DNA of 64,000 nucleotides. Origin: Yuukianura sp. NJ FZ-2021 (Eukaryota). Of the stretch, positions 49,062 through 62,475 are shown piece after piece. The stretch lies in contig CM102284.1 of NCBI GenBank assembly GCA_046563655.1, forward strand, positions 3,100,001 through 3,164,000, read 5' to 3'. A program made the translations under genes and the position numbers. The notes beneath the pieces were generated by a model. That model was not told the DNA's origin and searched no databases. It saw only the letters and a program-made list of their open reading frames with translations. Each line of letters begins with the position of its first letter. The first letter of the stretch is position 1.

Positions 49062-52000
49062 CTAAGCCACATACGTGTATAATTTCCTGCAAAACAACAA
49101 TAGATGAATCTTACTTATTACGTATTAGTACTTTTACTAAAGACAAAATCTAAAATGCTTACCGATCTTCGGCAGTTCGTGCCAAATACTCTCGTTCAAT
49201 TAATCCCTCGATTCTCTTTTTGATCACTACAGGATGTGGAAGAAAACGACTTTTTAGCTGTTCTGTCACTTCTGCCACAAGACTTGAGTGCTGAAAGTAC
49301 AAATAAAAAGTTGTATGTGAACGAACAATGGAAAGTAAACAATATTCTGCTTGTTCTTACCGGAAGTCTCTTTCTAGCCTTCATGATCCGTACAATCGCT
49401 GCCTCGATTTCGTGTTTCCGATCTTCGTCCACTTTATTTCTCGTTTCCTTCCGCTCTGGTTCAGATTCACCTTTTGCTGCGACTGTCTGAATTTTCACTC
49501 TATCATAAGAAGAATAGTAGAAAAATAAATGAGAAAAGCTTATTTAAATCCAATGCGAGAAATTGAATTTTACCGATGTAATTTAGAAGTGAAGGAGTCG
49601 TTCACGAAAAACACATGCGATGGCTCAATCTCTTTGGTCTTGGGGGTCTTAATGAGGACACGTTGAGAGGCTTTGCCCATGGCTAAACTCTGCAAGGCAC
49701 GGATAAGATCTTTCTCCGGAATGTCAGTCTCACTCTGGATCTCCTCATAAGTCAACTTGTCTCGATTGTTGAAGAGAACAAGTATGCACATTTGGTAGGT
49801 CGACACTTGGATGATGTGCTTCCGTGGCCCCAAATACTTGCTAGCAGACGACATCAATGTCGTTGACGAACTGGCTCCATCCTTTCCTTCTCCTTCCTCT
49901 CGTTTCGGTCCATAGAAAACAGCGTTGAGGTCAGCCGAGCCAAGTTGTGGATTCAGTGTTAGTTGTCTACCGCTGTGCTTTCCCAAATAAAATCTGCAAA
50001 TCCAGTACAAAAGAGCCACAATTAGCACACCATCAAACGAAAAATTCCTCTCTAGTTAGCTTCACTGAAGCCTTTTCACTTTTCTTAGACATGCATTTTC
50101 CGCAAGAGCAAAAATAGTACATAGAGTTACCGTTTGAAGGCATCAAAAGCATTTCGAGGTGCACTGGGAATAGTACATTTGGGCGTTGCAGACTGCGTTG
50201 GCCAGAATCCAGTGGTAAGAACTCGAACACTTAAGTCCACGCCGTAAAGGCTCACTCCAGTAAGCTGAACGTGCTCCTTGAATTCCTCCATGATTGTATT
50301 TGAGACTGTCATGTCCTTGAACATTCCTTCCAACTTTGTGGTGAATTGACATCCACATTCAGTCTACAGATAAAAAATATGATTGAATTATTTGACACGC
50401 CGTTCAAATGTTTGAAAAATATCATGGTCTCCAGACTGTAATTAATACCTTTAGTTTGGAAATCATGTTCTTTTCACTGTCATCTGAAACCGATTTGTTG
50501 AGAAGTAGGCGTTTGGCTAAATGTTGTTTGTAGTATCGTTCGAAGACGTCCTTTTCCAATAAAAATCGAAAGAGAACCATCGTCTTATCCAGGACGGTCT
50601 CAATCTCTTGCTCAGACATCTACAACCGACAGGTTAAATCAGTGAAACATGTTGAAATAGTATTATTTAAGTATAATCATAAACACCATTAAAGTGGACT
50701 AATTCTTACACCCTTCACGCCTTTCTTGAGTTTGTCATCAATGAAGAGTGAGAGGTACTCTGGCGACTTTTGATTCAAATTCAGAAAATACTCAAAGTCA
50801 GAGGCGATCATCTGCTTAAAAATTTTGTCGTTATTGAACGAATTTATTAGAAAGTGATCGAACCGGTCCTTCAAATCCAACAAATTCTGAAATAAACAAA
50901 AAACGTGTTAAAATTCAGTAACGTAAAACCCATCTTGTATAAAATAGCAGTTTACCTGGACGAATGTAATAGCATTCGTGGCATCGTCCTCGCGTACAAG
51001 GGCTTTTCCCTGCTCTCTCAAGTAACGACTGATGCACTCGGATACAGTTTTGAGTCCTTCATGGACTCGGTGAAACAGTTTGTACATGCATCCTAAGTCC
51101 TCCGTCTTTTGATATTTGAGCATGTGTACAACGCCCGAATTTTCCATTTCCACAATTGTTCGCATGTGCTTCTTGATCAACTCGTCCTCAACCACTTCAA
51201 CAATTCTGCATTCCGTCGACTCGTCCAAATAATGCTTCGCTCGTTCCGCTTCTTCATTAATCCTTGCTTCCACCTTCTTGATGTAAACGGACGCACAATT
51301 TTCCGCCAAGAATTTTTGACTCTCCAACTGCAATTTACAAAAAATATTGAATCACTGTAATAAAAACTGGGGATTTTGAAGTTAGGCCAAATTCAATTAT
51401 TTAGTTCATTAAAGTTGGTTAAATAACCTTGTAAAACTCGGACGATTGGTTAAGGAAAGGGCGTTCAAAGTCTTCGTCGTAGACAGTTCTGCCCTCAATG
51501 CTGAGGACCATGAGCATATGACACGCATTCTTTATTGCTAAACGATCCACAACTTCGCCTCGTCGTTCCCGCATAACCATGTCCAGAAGAGTTTCTCTGA
51601 GGTGATCCCGGATGCCACCATAACGAACCACTTGATCCCGAAAAATGATGAGACCCAGGTTATACACGTTGTCAACGTTGTTCTGCTGCACGTAGACTCT
51701 ATCCATGTACATTAGGATGTCACGGATCATCACCATCGAAGTCTGGTGATCACTCCAAGCTTGGTTTAGAGACTGGAGAAAGTTGTTATGAAGAGATCGA
51801 AGAACTTCTTCCCGGACCTATCGGAAAAATGGAAACAAATGAAAACTATACTTTTACAAATTAATATGAAAGGCAGAGTAAGCGTACCTTCGCTTCGAGA
51901 TGGTAGGTAACCACTTCTTTGAGACCAGTGTAAAGACGTTCGCCATGCTTGTGTAATACCATTGTGTAGGCATTACGATACAATTCCTCGAAACTCAAGC

Positions 52001-52227
52001 CTGAGTTGTTCTTCTTCTGAATCTCTTGGATCGCACTTTTCAGAAGAGTCCAAATACTCTCAACGTACTTCTCATCCATCGTCATCTATTCAAAAATGAA
52101 GTAATTCAATTAAGGGCATAGCTTTTAAGGATAAATACTAATATTAAAAACTCTCACTAACCGGAAAAGCTCGAATCCTCATTTTTCCTTCTTTCTTCTG
52201 GAGACCTCCTTGTTTGTTGTTATTCAT
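49062..52227 (-). CDS. Cul3: Cullin-3 E3 ligase scaffold, 11 coding exons, 772 aa
   Basis: Exons 52162-52227, 51888-52085, 51428-51817, 50956-51327, 50710-50886, 50449-50619, 50131-50363, 49574-49993, 49361-49499, 49163-49290, 49062-49086 (2319 nt, all GT-AG). Motifs: [39 protein letters not shown], neddylation site [10 protein letters not shown]-terminal YTYVA. Confidence 0.97.
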
Positions 52228-52627
52228 TACGATGTGGTTGATTATTTGAACTTGTGTGTTGCTTCTGATGCTAAATGACTGAGATGACAGAAATTCGATC
52301 CGGGTAATTTTTCCAAGATGGAGCTGACGATTGCTCGCTCGAATGTGAGTCTAAAGTGAATCCTTCTTGCAGAACACTGCCAAGGAGCTATGCTCCAACG
52401 CCACCACCAGCACCGGCTATTCCGCCTTACTGGAACTGAAAATGTGACAAAAACCAAAGAAATTAGAACTATTCCGTAAACAAAATATATAATGAAGGAT
52501 CACGCTGCTGTGTATGGTTACCGTGGAGCCGTAAGGACAACTTTTAAATCATCGAAATACCTTGCATTCTTACAATCTACTATAATCAATCTAAGGAATT
52601 TAAAACAAATAATGACTTCAGTCAGAT

Positions 52628-53118
52628 CAAGGTAACTAAACATAAATACACATGAGCTTTCTAAGGTAGTCTCACGAGCTGGTTTTTAATATTTTTTGGC
52701 GATATTTTTTGGTGGGGCGGATTGTTCGGTTTCCAAGGAAATAAAACTGTATAAAATTCATGCAAAGGTTGGTTGAGGTAACAACGATGTGTTAGTTGTA
52801 CCCAGCGTTCAGTATTTTAGGCAAATCAACTATTTGTCATTTAGTTGCATTGAATTCGTAGTAATTATAAGCGTAAAATTTGTTTACTTCATTTTCCAAT
52901 CCTAAAATCAATGTAAACCACTAGCACGATGATTGGGTACATTGGATGGTCACAATGGAGGAATTTTATTTTGTACTCCGCCCGAAGGAAAACGTTGTCA
53001 GAGGAATGTTTAAAAAACAAACAATCCGCCCCACCAAAAAATATCGCAAAAATAGCTGAAAAAACCGCTCGTGAGACTACCTTAGAAAGCGCGTGTTTGT
53101 TTATGTTTAGTTACCTTG
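52628..53118. mobile_element. P-superfamily-like MITE with ~100-bp TIRs, 491 bp
   Basis: TIR starts caaggtaactaaacataaa and ends tttatgtttagttaccttg. 8-bp TSD agtcagat (52620-52627 and 53119-53126). Confidence 0.85.
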
Positions 53119-53202
53119 AGTCAGATGATTCCGTTATATTTAAGTTAAGGTGTGCGGACACCCTGGAAACTGGGGGTCAAAATGCCGCTGTAACACCGCC
53201 AC

Positions 53203-53484
53203 GCAAAAATGGTTTTGGTCAGCGTAGAAATGTCGTACAGTGACCTACAATATATCAAACTTTAGGCAAAGACTTGATCTAGTACTATTACGTTGCAAAC
53301 TTATTTAATTCCAAGTGTAACTATGCAGAAAAAGGGGCTGAATATTTGTGTCCATTTTTTTCATTGTTAGAATTATAATTTCATAATTTTAAAACGTAAT
53401 AGTACTAGATCAACTCTTTTCCTAAAGTTTGATATATTGTGGGTTACTGTACGACATTCCTACGCTGACCAAAACCATTTTTGC
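53203..53484. mobile_element. Long inverted repeat (92-bp arms), MITE/foldback core
   Basis: 53203-53294 is nearly the reverse complement of 53393-53484. No clear TSD found. Confidence 0.8.
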
Positions 53485-56470
53485 ATTTCAATGTCGCAGC
53501 CTCAGAAAAGTTGTTGACAAAACCCAAACGACGGCAACCGAACTTGCGTCAGTTTTGTTTGTTTGACAGTGCATACTTTTTTTTTATCAAGGTATTTGCA
53601 CTGATCCTTTTTCACCACTCACGAGGGTGTTTCTTTTTGTCGATGTCTGCAACTTTTACTAACTACACAAGCTCGGTTATCGTGGTTACTAAATTTAACG
53701 ATTATTGTTTATTAGACGCATAACACACGTCCTTAATAACTGCTGCAAAGTAGTAGCATGGCTCCATGTTCTTGTTCCCTTTACCATTCCTTTAAGCAAG
53801 ATTTATCATTCCTCATTCTTACTGGATGTCATCCTTAAGCCTTAAGCAGTAAGCTAGACGAGTTTCTTTATGGTGGGCAGCAAAGTCAAATTCACCCCAT
53901 TGACCCGACCTGAACTTGAGCAGCTTAAGCCATTCTTCCGTAACGGAATTCCCGTACGAAAAACTCGGGGTCGGGATGACCAAATCGTTGTCCAATGTTA
54001 CAAGGAACTTACTGACTACTATTAATTACACAATTACACAATATGTACTAAACTAGGGTTAACTTACCGACTCCAACTGGAGATACAGTTTCTCATTTAA
54101 TTTTGCTCCACCCTCTGACTTCACGATCGGAAACGTTGACCCACCGTATTTTATCGGCAACAAATACAACAGTACTTCAACTTTTAGCTTGTAAACTTCA
54201 GTTTATCGTGACAACAGCTATTACATCGGGTATCGTATGCTTCTCTTCTGAAAAGGTAACCAGAAGTCTGAACTAAAGACAGAGGACAATGGAAATATTT
54301 TGGTTCAGTAATCTGAAATCTTCAATTGATCTTTGGTACACCTAGAATATTTTTTACACGTTACAATGACACAACCAACGGTGGGCACTCATAGACCTTA
54401 TTTTCTGTTAAGCATTTAATGATTTCACGTTGATTTTTAACGAACATTTTAGCTTATGGTATACTGCGTTCCCTTAGTTTGAAATTAAACAAAGAAAGCT
54501 CATAATTCAATTTCTGAGAAACTGTAAATGAAAACTGATGAATTTGGTTCTGCCCACCTTTAAGTGCGGCATTGAGTGCTCTTGGTCGTGCTGAAACCTA
54601 TTAAATGCACCCTGTAAATACTTTCGTCGCAGTAAACGCATATTACATCTATTGTAACCACAAATTGTGACTACATTTTATAAACTCTCACTCGCTCGAT
54701 AGTTAAACTACGAAGGCTCAACTCAAAAACTATAGTTAAACTAATCTAACTTAAGGCGTAGTAGGTCTAGGAAGTGAGAAGATCGAATGTAAAAAGGTCG
54801 TAAGTGAGAAGGCCGGAAAAGATTGCAACATCAAATGGTCGACGAAAGGTAAAATGGTCGAAAATTAAATAGTCGCACACAAAAGGTCGCTACATTAAAA
54901 TGTCGAAAAGTGGATGGCCATACCTTGAGTATAGTAATTGTTAGATTAGACTTAACGTGATTAGTACTACATTGAAGACAATTCCGGTTGACGTTAACCA
55001 TTCAGCGACAGGTAAATGTGGAAGTAGGGGTGTGACATTTCGTCAACAAGCGCGGATGAAAAACTTTGGACATGAAGGGACGACGCTCTGGTTTCTAACA
55101 TTTTGGGAATCAATAGGTCATGCCCGTTCCAACGATATGCTACTTGCATAGCGTCGTCATAGGATGACATGGTGACCTGCTTTGACCCCTCGTATCCCTT
55201 GATCTATCGTTTCTAGGGATTTGAAAATTTGCAGAAATGATGCAACTTTGGAAAAATTTCATTCGAATCGCACTAGCGATGATTTTGATCGGGTTTTGGA
55301 CCATTCCCTTTTCATCTCTGCGCCACGCCAACCCACTCATTATGCCGCTGGAATTTGCGGAAATGACGGGGTTTTACAGACTAGAATGCGCCGTAAATAG
55401 TTAACTGATTACTACGGTATGAAACTAACTAGTCTTGTTGGTTTTGAGCAGAATTATGTCATTTTTATTGCTGAAACATGAATAATCACTGCACTTCAAC
55501 GTTTTCAAAATCAACTCGAACGAGAACGATAAAAAAAAGATAAAAAACCCACGCCAAGTTCAATGCATTACCATTATACAACTGTAGTAACTTTTATAAG
55601 CTTTGGCTTCCCTACTCTCATCATCACTGATTACGAGCATCAAATTCAAGTACTGATTCAGTGGACATTAGAACAGGTTATGTGCCAGTGCCGTTCGCTT
55701 TCTCTTTTTTTTTATCTTGTCAGTCCTCACAAGGCAAAAGCAGAATGTAAAAAGTAAAAAAACGCCACGGAAGGACCACAGTCACAAGTCGCCCTAACTT
55801 TCGCAAATTTTTTTTTACAAGTTCGGGATCGGCAGAAGTCATGTGAGATACAGCCAGAGGGTGTCCTATTTTGAACGTAAAATGAAAATGATTCCTACCC
55901 TATAGCAAATTTCGCAGACTCCACCTACCTCAACGACCGGCCTCGGAAGTCGTCCCATTTTCCAAAAAAAGACGAAGTTTCTCCTCGTGACAAGACGGGC
56001 TATAGTGAAAGTCACCAGGGAGAAAAGGTAAAGTCACTCACTTGAATTTTATAAAGTTTAGCAGGTTTACAGGCTATGCTGGTGATGGTCCGTCTGAAAT
56101 TCTGAATTACCTCAACTTCTTCTCCACTCATTAGTTCGGTTCTGTTCTTTGCCCGATTTAAACCTTTCACTCACATTCAATATCGGTCAATTTCTATCAA
56201 TTTTTAAGAAGACTTACCAAGGAAGCATTTCCCAATAATGGATCGACAACTCGTACCCCTGCTTCGCCATAACATCAATAGCTCGTTCAGAGTTTCTGGA
56301 ATTCTGGACAGTTAGCATAGGAGTCACGGCACGGCCCACATCATGATTCATTCACTGATTCACTTGTCACTTATTAATCCTTGATTCTCGACAGACACGT
56401 CAAAGAAGTACCAAAGGAATTACAATTAGTATTATACGCGCAGTTTGCAAGTTAAGTCCGGTTGCAAACG

Positions 56471-58290
56471 ATGCCATCAGTGGGCTTCAACTCCGCTGTG
56501 ATATCAGAATGGCTCATCGGAGGAGTCGACTTTTCCTTAGCGGGAAATGGCGGGCCCTCTTGTTCAGGTAATACACACAGTTCATCGTTTTATGGTTTTG
56601 TTTAACTCAATTAGTAACTTTAATTTTAGCTATTAACTTAATATTGTCACCAACTTTGCGTTTCGTTTTCATTGCAGAATTTACGCCACAGCTCAGACGA
56701 TACCTGGAACTCATTTTCTGCCTATCCGTGGCAGCTATTTTAATTACGTGGGCCTACAAGTGAGTCGTTGAAGATTCAAACAATTCCAGCCTAACTGTTC
56801 TGCGGCTTTAATAATCCGATTGATTTCATTTATGTTTAGAAACTGCAGTATACCGGAGTGCCGTAGTTCAACTCGCAAGGATCGTGGAGGACGCAAAACA
56901 CTTCTGACCATCGTATCGCTCATCTTTGGAATGGAAGTCGCGTACAAGTTTGCCACAAAAACGGTTATATTCCTCCTAAATCCCTGCCATGTCATAACAG
57001 CTTGTCAGGTTAGGCGAAATCGTGAATTCAGTAATCGAGTGTCGGATTAAGACTATAACACACTTCCTTCGTTCTTTTTAAAACATACCAGAGTCACAAG
57101 AAATGGACCCTATTTTTGTTGTAGATCTATCTACTAGCAGCGGCTCCCTCCAGATTCGTAACGGCGCTTTTCCGGATCCATCTTAACTTTTTGAATGGAG
57201 CAATACTTGCTCTACTTTTCCCTGTTACCAATACGCTTTTCGTAAGTCGGCTAATTTAGCAAAACTTAATTCAGTAAAACAAAAGCAACCATGTTGAATC
57301 TAAAAAGCTTGTTGTCCATTTCAGCTTCCCTTCGAAACCGAAATATATTTTATACAACACTTCATGATGCTCGTGACACCGTATTACCTGATGCGTGTTG
57401 GAGGTTAGATAACAATTCGCCAATCGTTCTTATGAATTTGCAGTTAAAATATAAAGAGCGGCTTTACATATGTTATACAAATATAAAAATATTATACAAA
57501 TATAAACCTTATAACAGTTTTTCTACATTCCAGGAGCATATAGTGTGGAGAAACTATGGGACTTTAGCTGGACATTGCTCTCATACGGCATTATGATACT
57601 CTACCATTACCTGATCCTTTTTCCAATTGCGCTCGTAAGTCTGCCCACCCCTTCCCCCTCCGAAAACAAAGATCGATCATTCTATTAAAGGAATTCTATT
57701 AAATTCTATATCTTGTTTTCTCTTCTTTCAGCCTTTGGAAATAAACTTGTCACAAATGTTATGTCCAGCAATATCGGATCCATTCTATGGTCCAGGTAAT
57801 TGTAACCGACGTTTGTTTTGGTTGAAAACAACTAATTCCCTCCGCTGTAACCACCATCGAACGGTTAATGCGATGGTCATTTGTTGCGAAAACAACCGAA
57901 AATAGCATGTTTGGTTACATTGGTTAGGTTTAACTTGTAGTTCTGTCAAATTCTTGTTCTAGTTCTGCTCATCGAAAAATATGACCTGTTGGAAAAAATT
58001 CCGTCCGAAATTGCTAAAACTTCAATAGTTAAAATACATAATACATATTATACAGATTTTTTACTGTTGTTTTAGATTATCGACTTTGGACGTTGGTGCA
58101 TCAAGCTATATTTGTTCCCTGTCTCTGCAAGGCCTACTGCCAACTATGCAAATACTTCATTACGAAATGTCCGTTGACACGCGTTAAGAGTGACATCGGG
58201 ACTGATCTGGGCCTGTTGACCACCGTGGAAACAACCAAGAACGGATTCAAGTGTCATCAACACCATACGAATTGTAATATCAATATGTAA
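56471..58290 (+). CDS. TMEM164: Transmembrane protein 164 homologue, 8 coding exons, 307 aa
   Basis: Exons 56471-56567, 56678-56759, 56840-57008, 57125-57241, 57325-57403, 57534-57634, 57732-57795, 58076-58290 (924 nt, GT-AG, in phase). Motifs: WLIGGVDFSLAGNGGPSC, YKFATKTVIFLLNPCH, LPFETEIYFIQH, MLCPAISDPFYGPDYR. Confidence 0.92.
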
Positions 58291-58950
58291 ACTCCTTAGT
58301 TCCTGTTGTCCAAAATTACCTGAAATCCAGTTTATTGATTCTTGTCAAACTCATTTTACTTAGAATTCATTCGACTACACAGCTACTATAGCTCCGTCGC
58401 TTAATTTGCTCGCATGACAAGCGCATGAACCAGTGCGTGATGCTAAATATCAAATTGCTACTGCTGCTGACGCTTACGTGATTTCCGAATCTTGTCATCG
58501 GCTCAGAGACGCTGTCTCAACTTCTTCAAATACTCTTTCGCAGTTAACTTTCGAATAGTCCTTCGAAGCCAAATCTTCATTAAGCCAATTGCAGTGGAGG
58601 AAGAAGCTCCATTTCGTATAAATACTGCTTTTCCCAAAAGTACTGCTAGATTTTTGCTTGACGAGCTTCAGTAGATGTTTAGCGTTGACGCAAACATGCT
58701 GACTATATATTCTCTGTCCTTACGCTAATCAGGCTAGCCCTTATTTAATGCTCTTCAATTAACCAGTCTTATGCACCACTTCTTGCCGGCATAGTGTAAT
58801 GCATTTAATAAATACGTTGAGTTGAGTATCTTTTGTGTTAGGAAACTCTATTTTCCATGTTCCTATAAAATTACATCGGGAAGTACTGATTTTGCAACAC
58901 AAAGTACTGATACGGAAGCACCTCATTATGTCGGGGCTAATGATGAAGTA

Positions 58951-61920
58951 CTAAATACCTAGCGGATTTAGTTGTATAACTCCGCCGGCTTCACACAAGG
59001 CATCTGAAATTTTGGTCATGTCTTTGTAATTTCCCAAATTCTTGTCTCCCTTTGTGTGTCCGAGGTTCATCGTTACACGCTCGTAAGCCTTCAAAAAGCG
59101 ACAAAATACAAATTACATTTAAGATTCCAGATTCCGAGCTTTAAAACTTTGGAGAACGTTTCCATTTTACAATGCTGGCAGAGATCAATAATTCTATCAT
59201 TCAGTTGCATACTTGCATACCTGATTGCACCATACACGAGTCATGAGTTGCTCATGTTGAGCCGAGGGGACGTTTTTCTGCAACGAAGCGGAAGCTCTCG
59301 ATAGGACAACAGCCATGGAATACGTGTCAATTGCCGCTTCAGCGATCCTGTTGAGTAGATACTGCTCATCCATTATTGATTTGTTATACTTAATCAACAT
59401 AGCTTCAACAGCTTGACCAAACTCCTCAACAGCCTGTTACAAACAAAACATCACATCTTAGGTCACACGAGCTTTATAAACTGGCTTTTCAGAGGCGACA
59501 ATGACAGTCCCAATTACAACAAAATGGGACTGCCATTGGAGCTTTTGAAATTTTGTATGATATTATACAAGCTAAGGTTTTTATCTTACCTGCGAAGCTA
59601 AGGCAGCAGAATCTGCCAGGCTGGGGTGGACTAAAGGCACGAGTGCTTTGCTGGAAGATCCTCCTCGAGATTTGAAAATTCGTTTCGTAGCTTCACCGAG
59701 AATTAAGCCTAGATTTGATCCTGGACTTTTCATGGCTTTCTGTATTTCTCGCAAATGGGCTCCTACGTGCTGCATTCCAGTCAAAGCTGAAAATAGTGTG
59801 TGCACACATTGGAGCATATATGAAAGGTATACATTTTTCCAGCAATTCCATTTAAGGTTGTGGCAAACCAAATCAAACTCACCTATAAACAGCCGAAGGA
59901 TGTCATTCGTCCCCTCAAAAATTCTAAAAATCCGAATATCTCTCAGTACTCGTTCCAGGCCGGTTTCTTTCACTAGATGGGATTATAAATCAAAGTTGTG
60001 TTAAGTGCGGTATTTTTAATACATCAACTGTTTTTCAATAATACTTACTGAATCCATTCCCTCCTAAGATTTGTATGGCTTCATCGGTAACCCACCACGC
60101 TGCTTCGGAAGCGAATACCTGAGAATGAAAACTAGAAAATGCAATGCCCAAGTTCCATTAAAGGCGATAGAATTGGGTGGAAAGACTTACTTTACTTATT
60201 GCCGCTTCAATCTGGAAGTCTGTGAATCCACGATCCATGTTTCCGGCAACAGCGTACGCAATTGATTCACACACGAAGTGTTTAATCGCCATTGTCGCCA
60301 ATTTTTCTTGGATGGCCCCGTAAGTTTTAATTTTTCGTCCAAATTGGTTTCGATTGACAGCAAAATCTGTTGCTTTCGCAATAGAAGCTCTCATAGTCCC
60401 AGATAAGGCAGCACCCATTCCGAACCGACCGTTATTCAAAATGTTCATGGCCACCTAATACAGGAAAATTAAGACTCTCTAAACAGCGAAGGCGATGAAT
60501 TGACAAAGCAAGTTGCTTGCATTGTTAGTAGATGCCAAGGGCATTGAATTTGAATCAGTATAGTAACAAATGATTCTTCTTCTCACCTTGAATCCGTCTC
60601 CGTATTCCCCAATCAAATTCTCTCTCGGTACTTTCGTGTTGTCAAAATATACTTCGGCTGTGTTGGAGGCTTTGATGCCCATCTTTTTTTCGGGTTTCGA
60701 GTTCGTCACACCACCGAAACTTCGTTCAACAATGAAAGCTGACATTTTATCCTTTGTGATTCCTGTTTTCTCGTCCTTCACAGGCGTTTGAGCAAATACT
60801 GTAAAAACTTCAGCTATGCCGCCGTTGGAAATCCACAATTTGTTTCCATTGAGTATGAAATGTTTCCCATCCGGAGTGGGTTCGGCTCGCGTGCGAATAG
60901 AATTGGCATCACTTCCACTTGTCGTTTCAGTTAAACAAAAAGCAGCAAATTTCCGTCCAGTGGCCACCTATTACAAACGAATAATTAAATTCGGATTAAA
61001 TAATAACATAATAACAATATGATATGTACAGTTAATAAATTTAGTCTCGTACGTCAGGCAAGTATTTCTTCTTTTGTTCTGGATTTCCAAACAACAGGAT
61101 ACCCTGTATGCAATAAATCAAAACAAGGGTTGCAAAAACATTGAAGTGAAAAAAAAAACGTGGCTAATAAAATGGAACCTCAAAAATTCGCTGGTCATTT
61201 TAAGAGAACATACCTTAAATCCAATTGATTGATGAGCTCCAAGGCAGATTCCAACGGCAAGGTCATGCGCTCCAACAACCTCGACTAAGCGAGCGTACTG
61301 GCTGTTGGATAGTCCAAGACCACCGAGATCTAGGAGGGCAAAGGTAAGAACGTTGTGATTCGGAAGCATCAAAACAAGATTGAAATTATAATTTTTTGCT
61401 TCACAGTCCAGAAACCTTGAGGAACTTGCAATCCGAAAGCGCCAATTTCTTTCAATCCCTCCAATGTTTCTTTAGGAATATCAGCCAAATCGTCATTCTT
61501 GACAGGGTCGTTCATTTTTTGGAAAAATTTCTCAGTTGGATCCACCAGTGTTTCTAATGTTTCTCTCTGCTCCGTAGTCAAGACGTTGGGAAATGGGAAT
61601 ACTTGTTCACCGTTGACAATTCCTCGGAACATATTCATGGCAAAAGAGTTACTGACTGGCGGTCCCTTTGGCTTGGCGTTAGAATCCTTGGTTTGCGCGC
61701 TTGTGCCCATGAGTCGAACAGCTGATGGAATACATGACAGGCCTTTGTTGTTGAGGCTGAGAAATAGTAGTTACATAGTATTTAGTGAATAAAAGGATAA
61801 CAGATCATTATAAGAATCATAATCATGTTGCTAGAATCGCAAGAAAGTAGTCGCAAATTACCCGCACAATGAAAGTGATTTCGTTAGAGCCTTAACGGAC
61901 TTGACACCCCGACAGTGCAT
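58951..61920 (-). CDS. ACADVL: Very-long-chain acyl-CoA dehydrogenase, mitochondrial, 11 coding exons, 639 aa
   Basis: Exons 61862-61920, 61416-61756, 61214-61329, 61053-61103, 60587-60967, 60191-60454, 60049-60118, 59883-59972, 59590-59786, 59221-59433, 58951-59088 (1920 nt). Motifs: [16 protein letters not shown], catalytic [16 protein letters not shown] (VLCAD-type rather than ACAD9-type), basic transit-like N-terminus. Confidence 0.93.
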
Positions 61921-62078
61921 GATTAGTTCCTGTGAACAAGAAAAACACAACTTCCCCTGGTAATATTACGTCAATACTGTGTTAAAAATGGCGTCGGAGA
62001 GTAATAAACAATCGAGTTCCGGGTTCTCGTCGTTTCTCCAAGAATAATGGTTGAATCGAATGCTGTTGAATACGATTG

Positions 62079-62475
62079 ATGAACTGTAATTACAAAAAGA
62101 GGTCCGTGGTCACTATATAGTTTTACCAACTGGATATTACAAAATAAATCACTAACTCACCTGACCGTGTGATTTTCAGACAGTTACTATTATTATTTTT
62201 CACAGCTTCATTTCTTGTGCTTGAGCTTGGTGTGATTTCATCTGTCTGTTTCAGCGGTCGTGAAGTTGATGTTCCTTCCAAAAAACTCAGCCCAACTCCC
62301 AACGTCACAATCCCAACCTTCGCTCCCAAACTTTGGACTTTGGATGTGACAATAAAAACGACACACAATTTTGTTGAGGCAGACGAAGTATTAATGTTTC
62401 CTGACAATTTGCCAGGACGCGAGAAGAGAAAATCAAAAAGTCTTCATCCAACTTCACCACTACTACATACACTAG
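62079..62475 (+). CDS. Possible 5' exons of a secreted/membrane protein (62079-62101 + 62180-62475)
   Basis: Splicing gives MNCNYKKRQLLLLFFTASFLVLELGVISSVCFS... (signal-peptide-like) with REKRK. Downstream exons not identified; may instead be antisense to an ACADVL 5'UTR exon. Confidence 0.3.

Noticed and set aside
49011-49064. Stop-codon readthrough of Cul3
   Set aside because: TAG-G is a poor readthrough context, the extension is only 16 codons, and the C-terminus is canonical.
59056-61792. Plus-strand ORFs over ACADVL (and likewise over Cul3)
   Set aside because: Antisense to well-supported coding exons.
58951-61920. Assignment as ACAD9
   Set aside because: The active-site segment [16 protein letters not shown] fits recalled VLCAD better than ACAD9; a phylogeny would be decisive.
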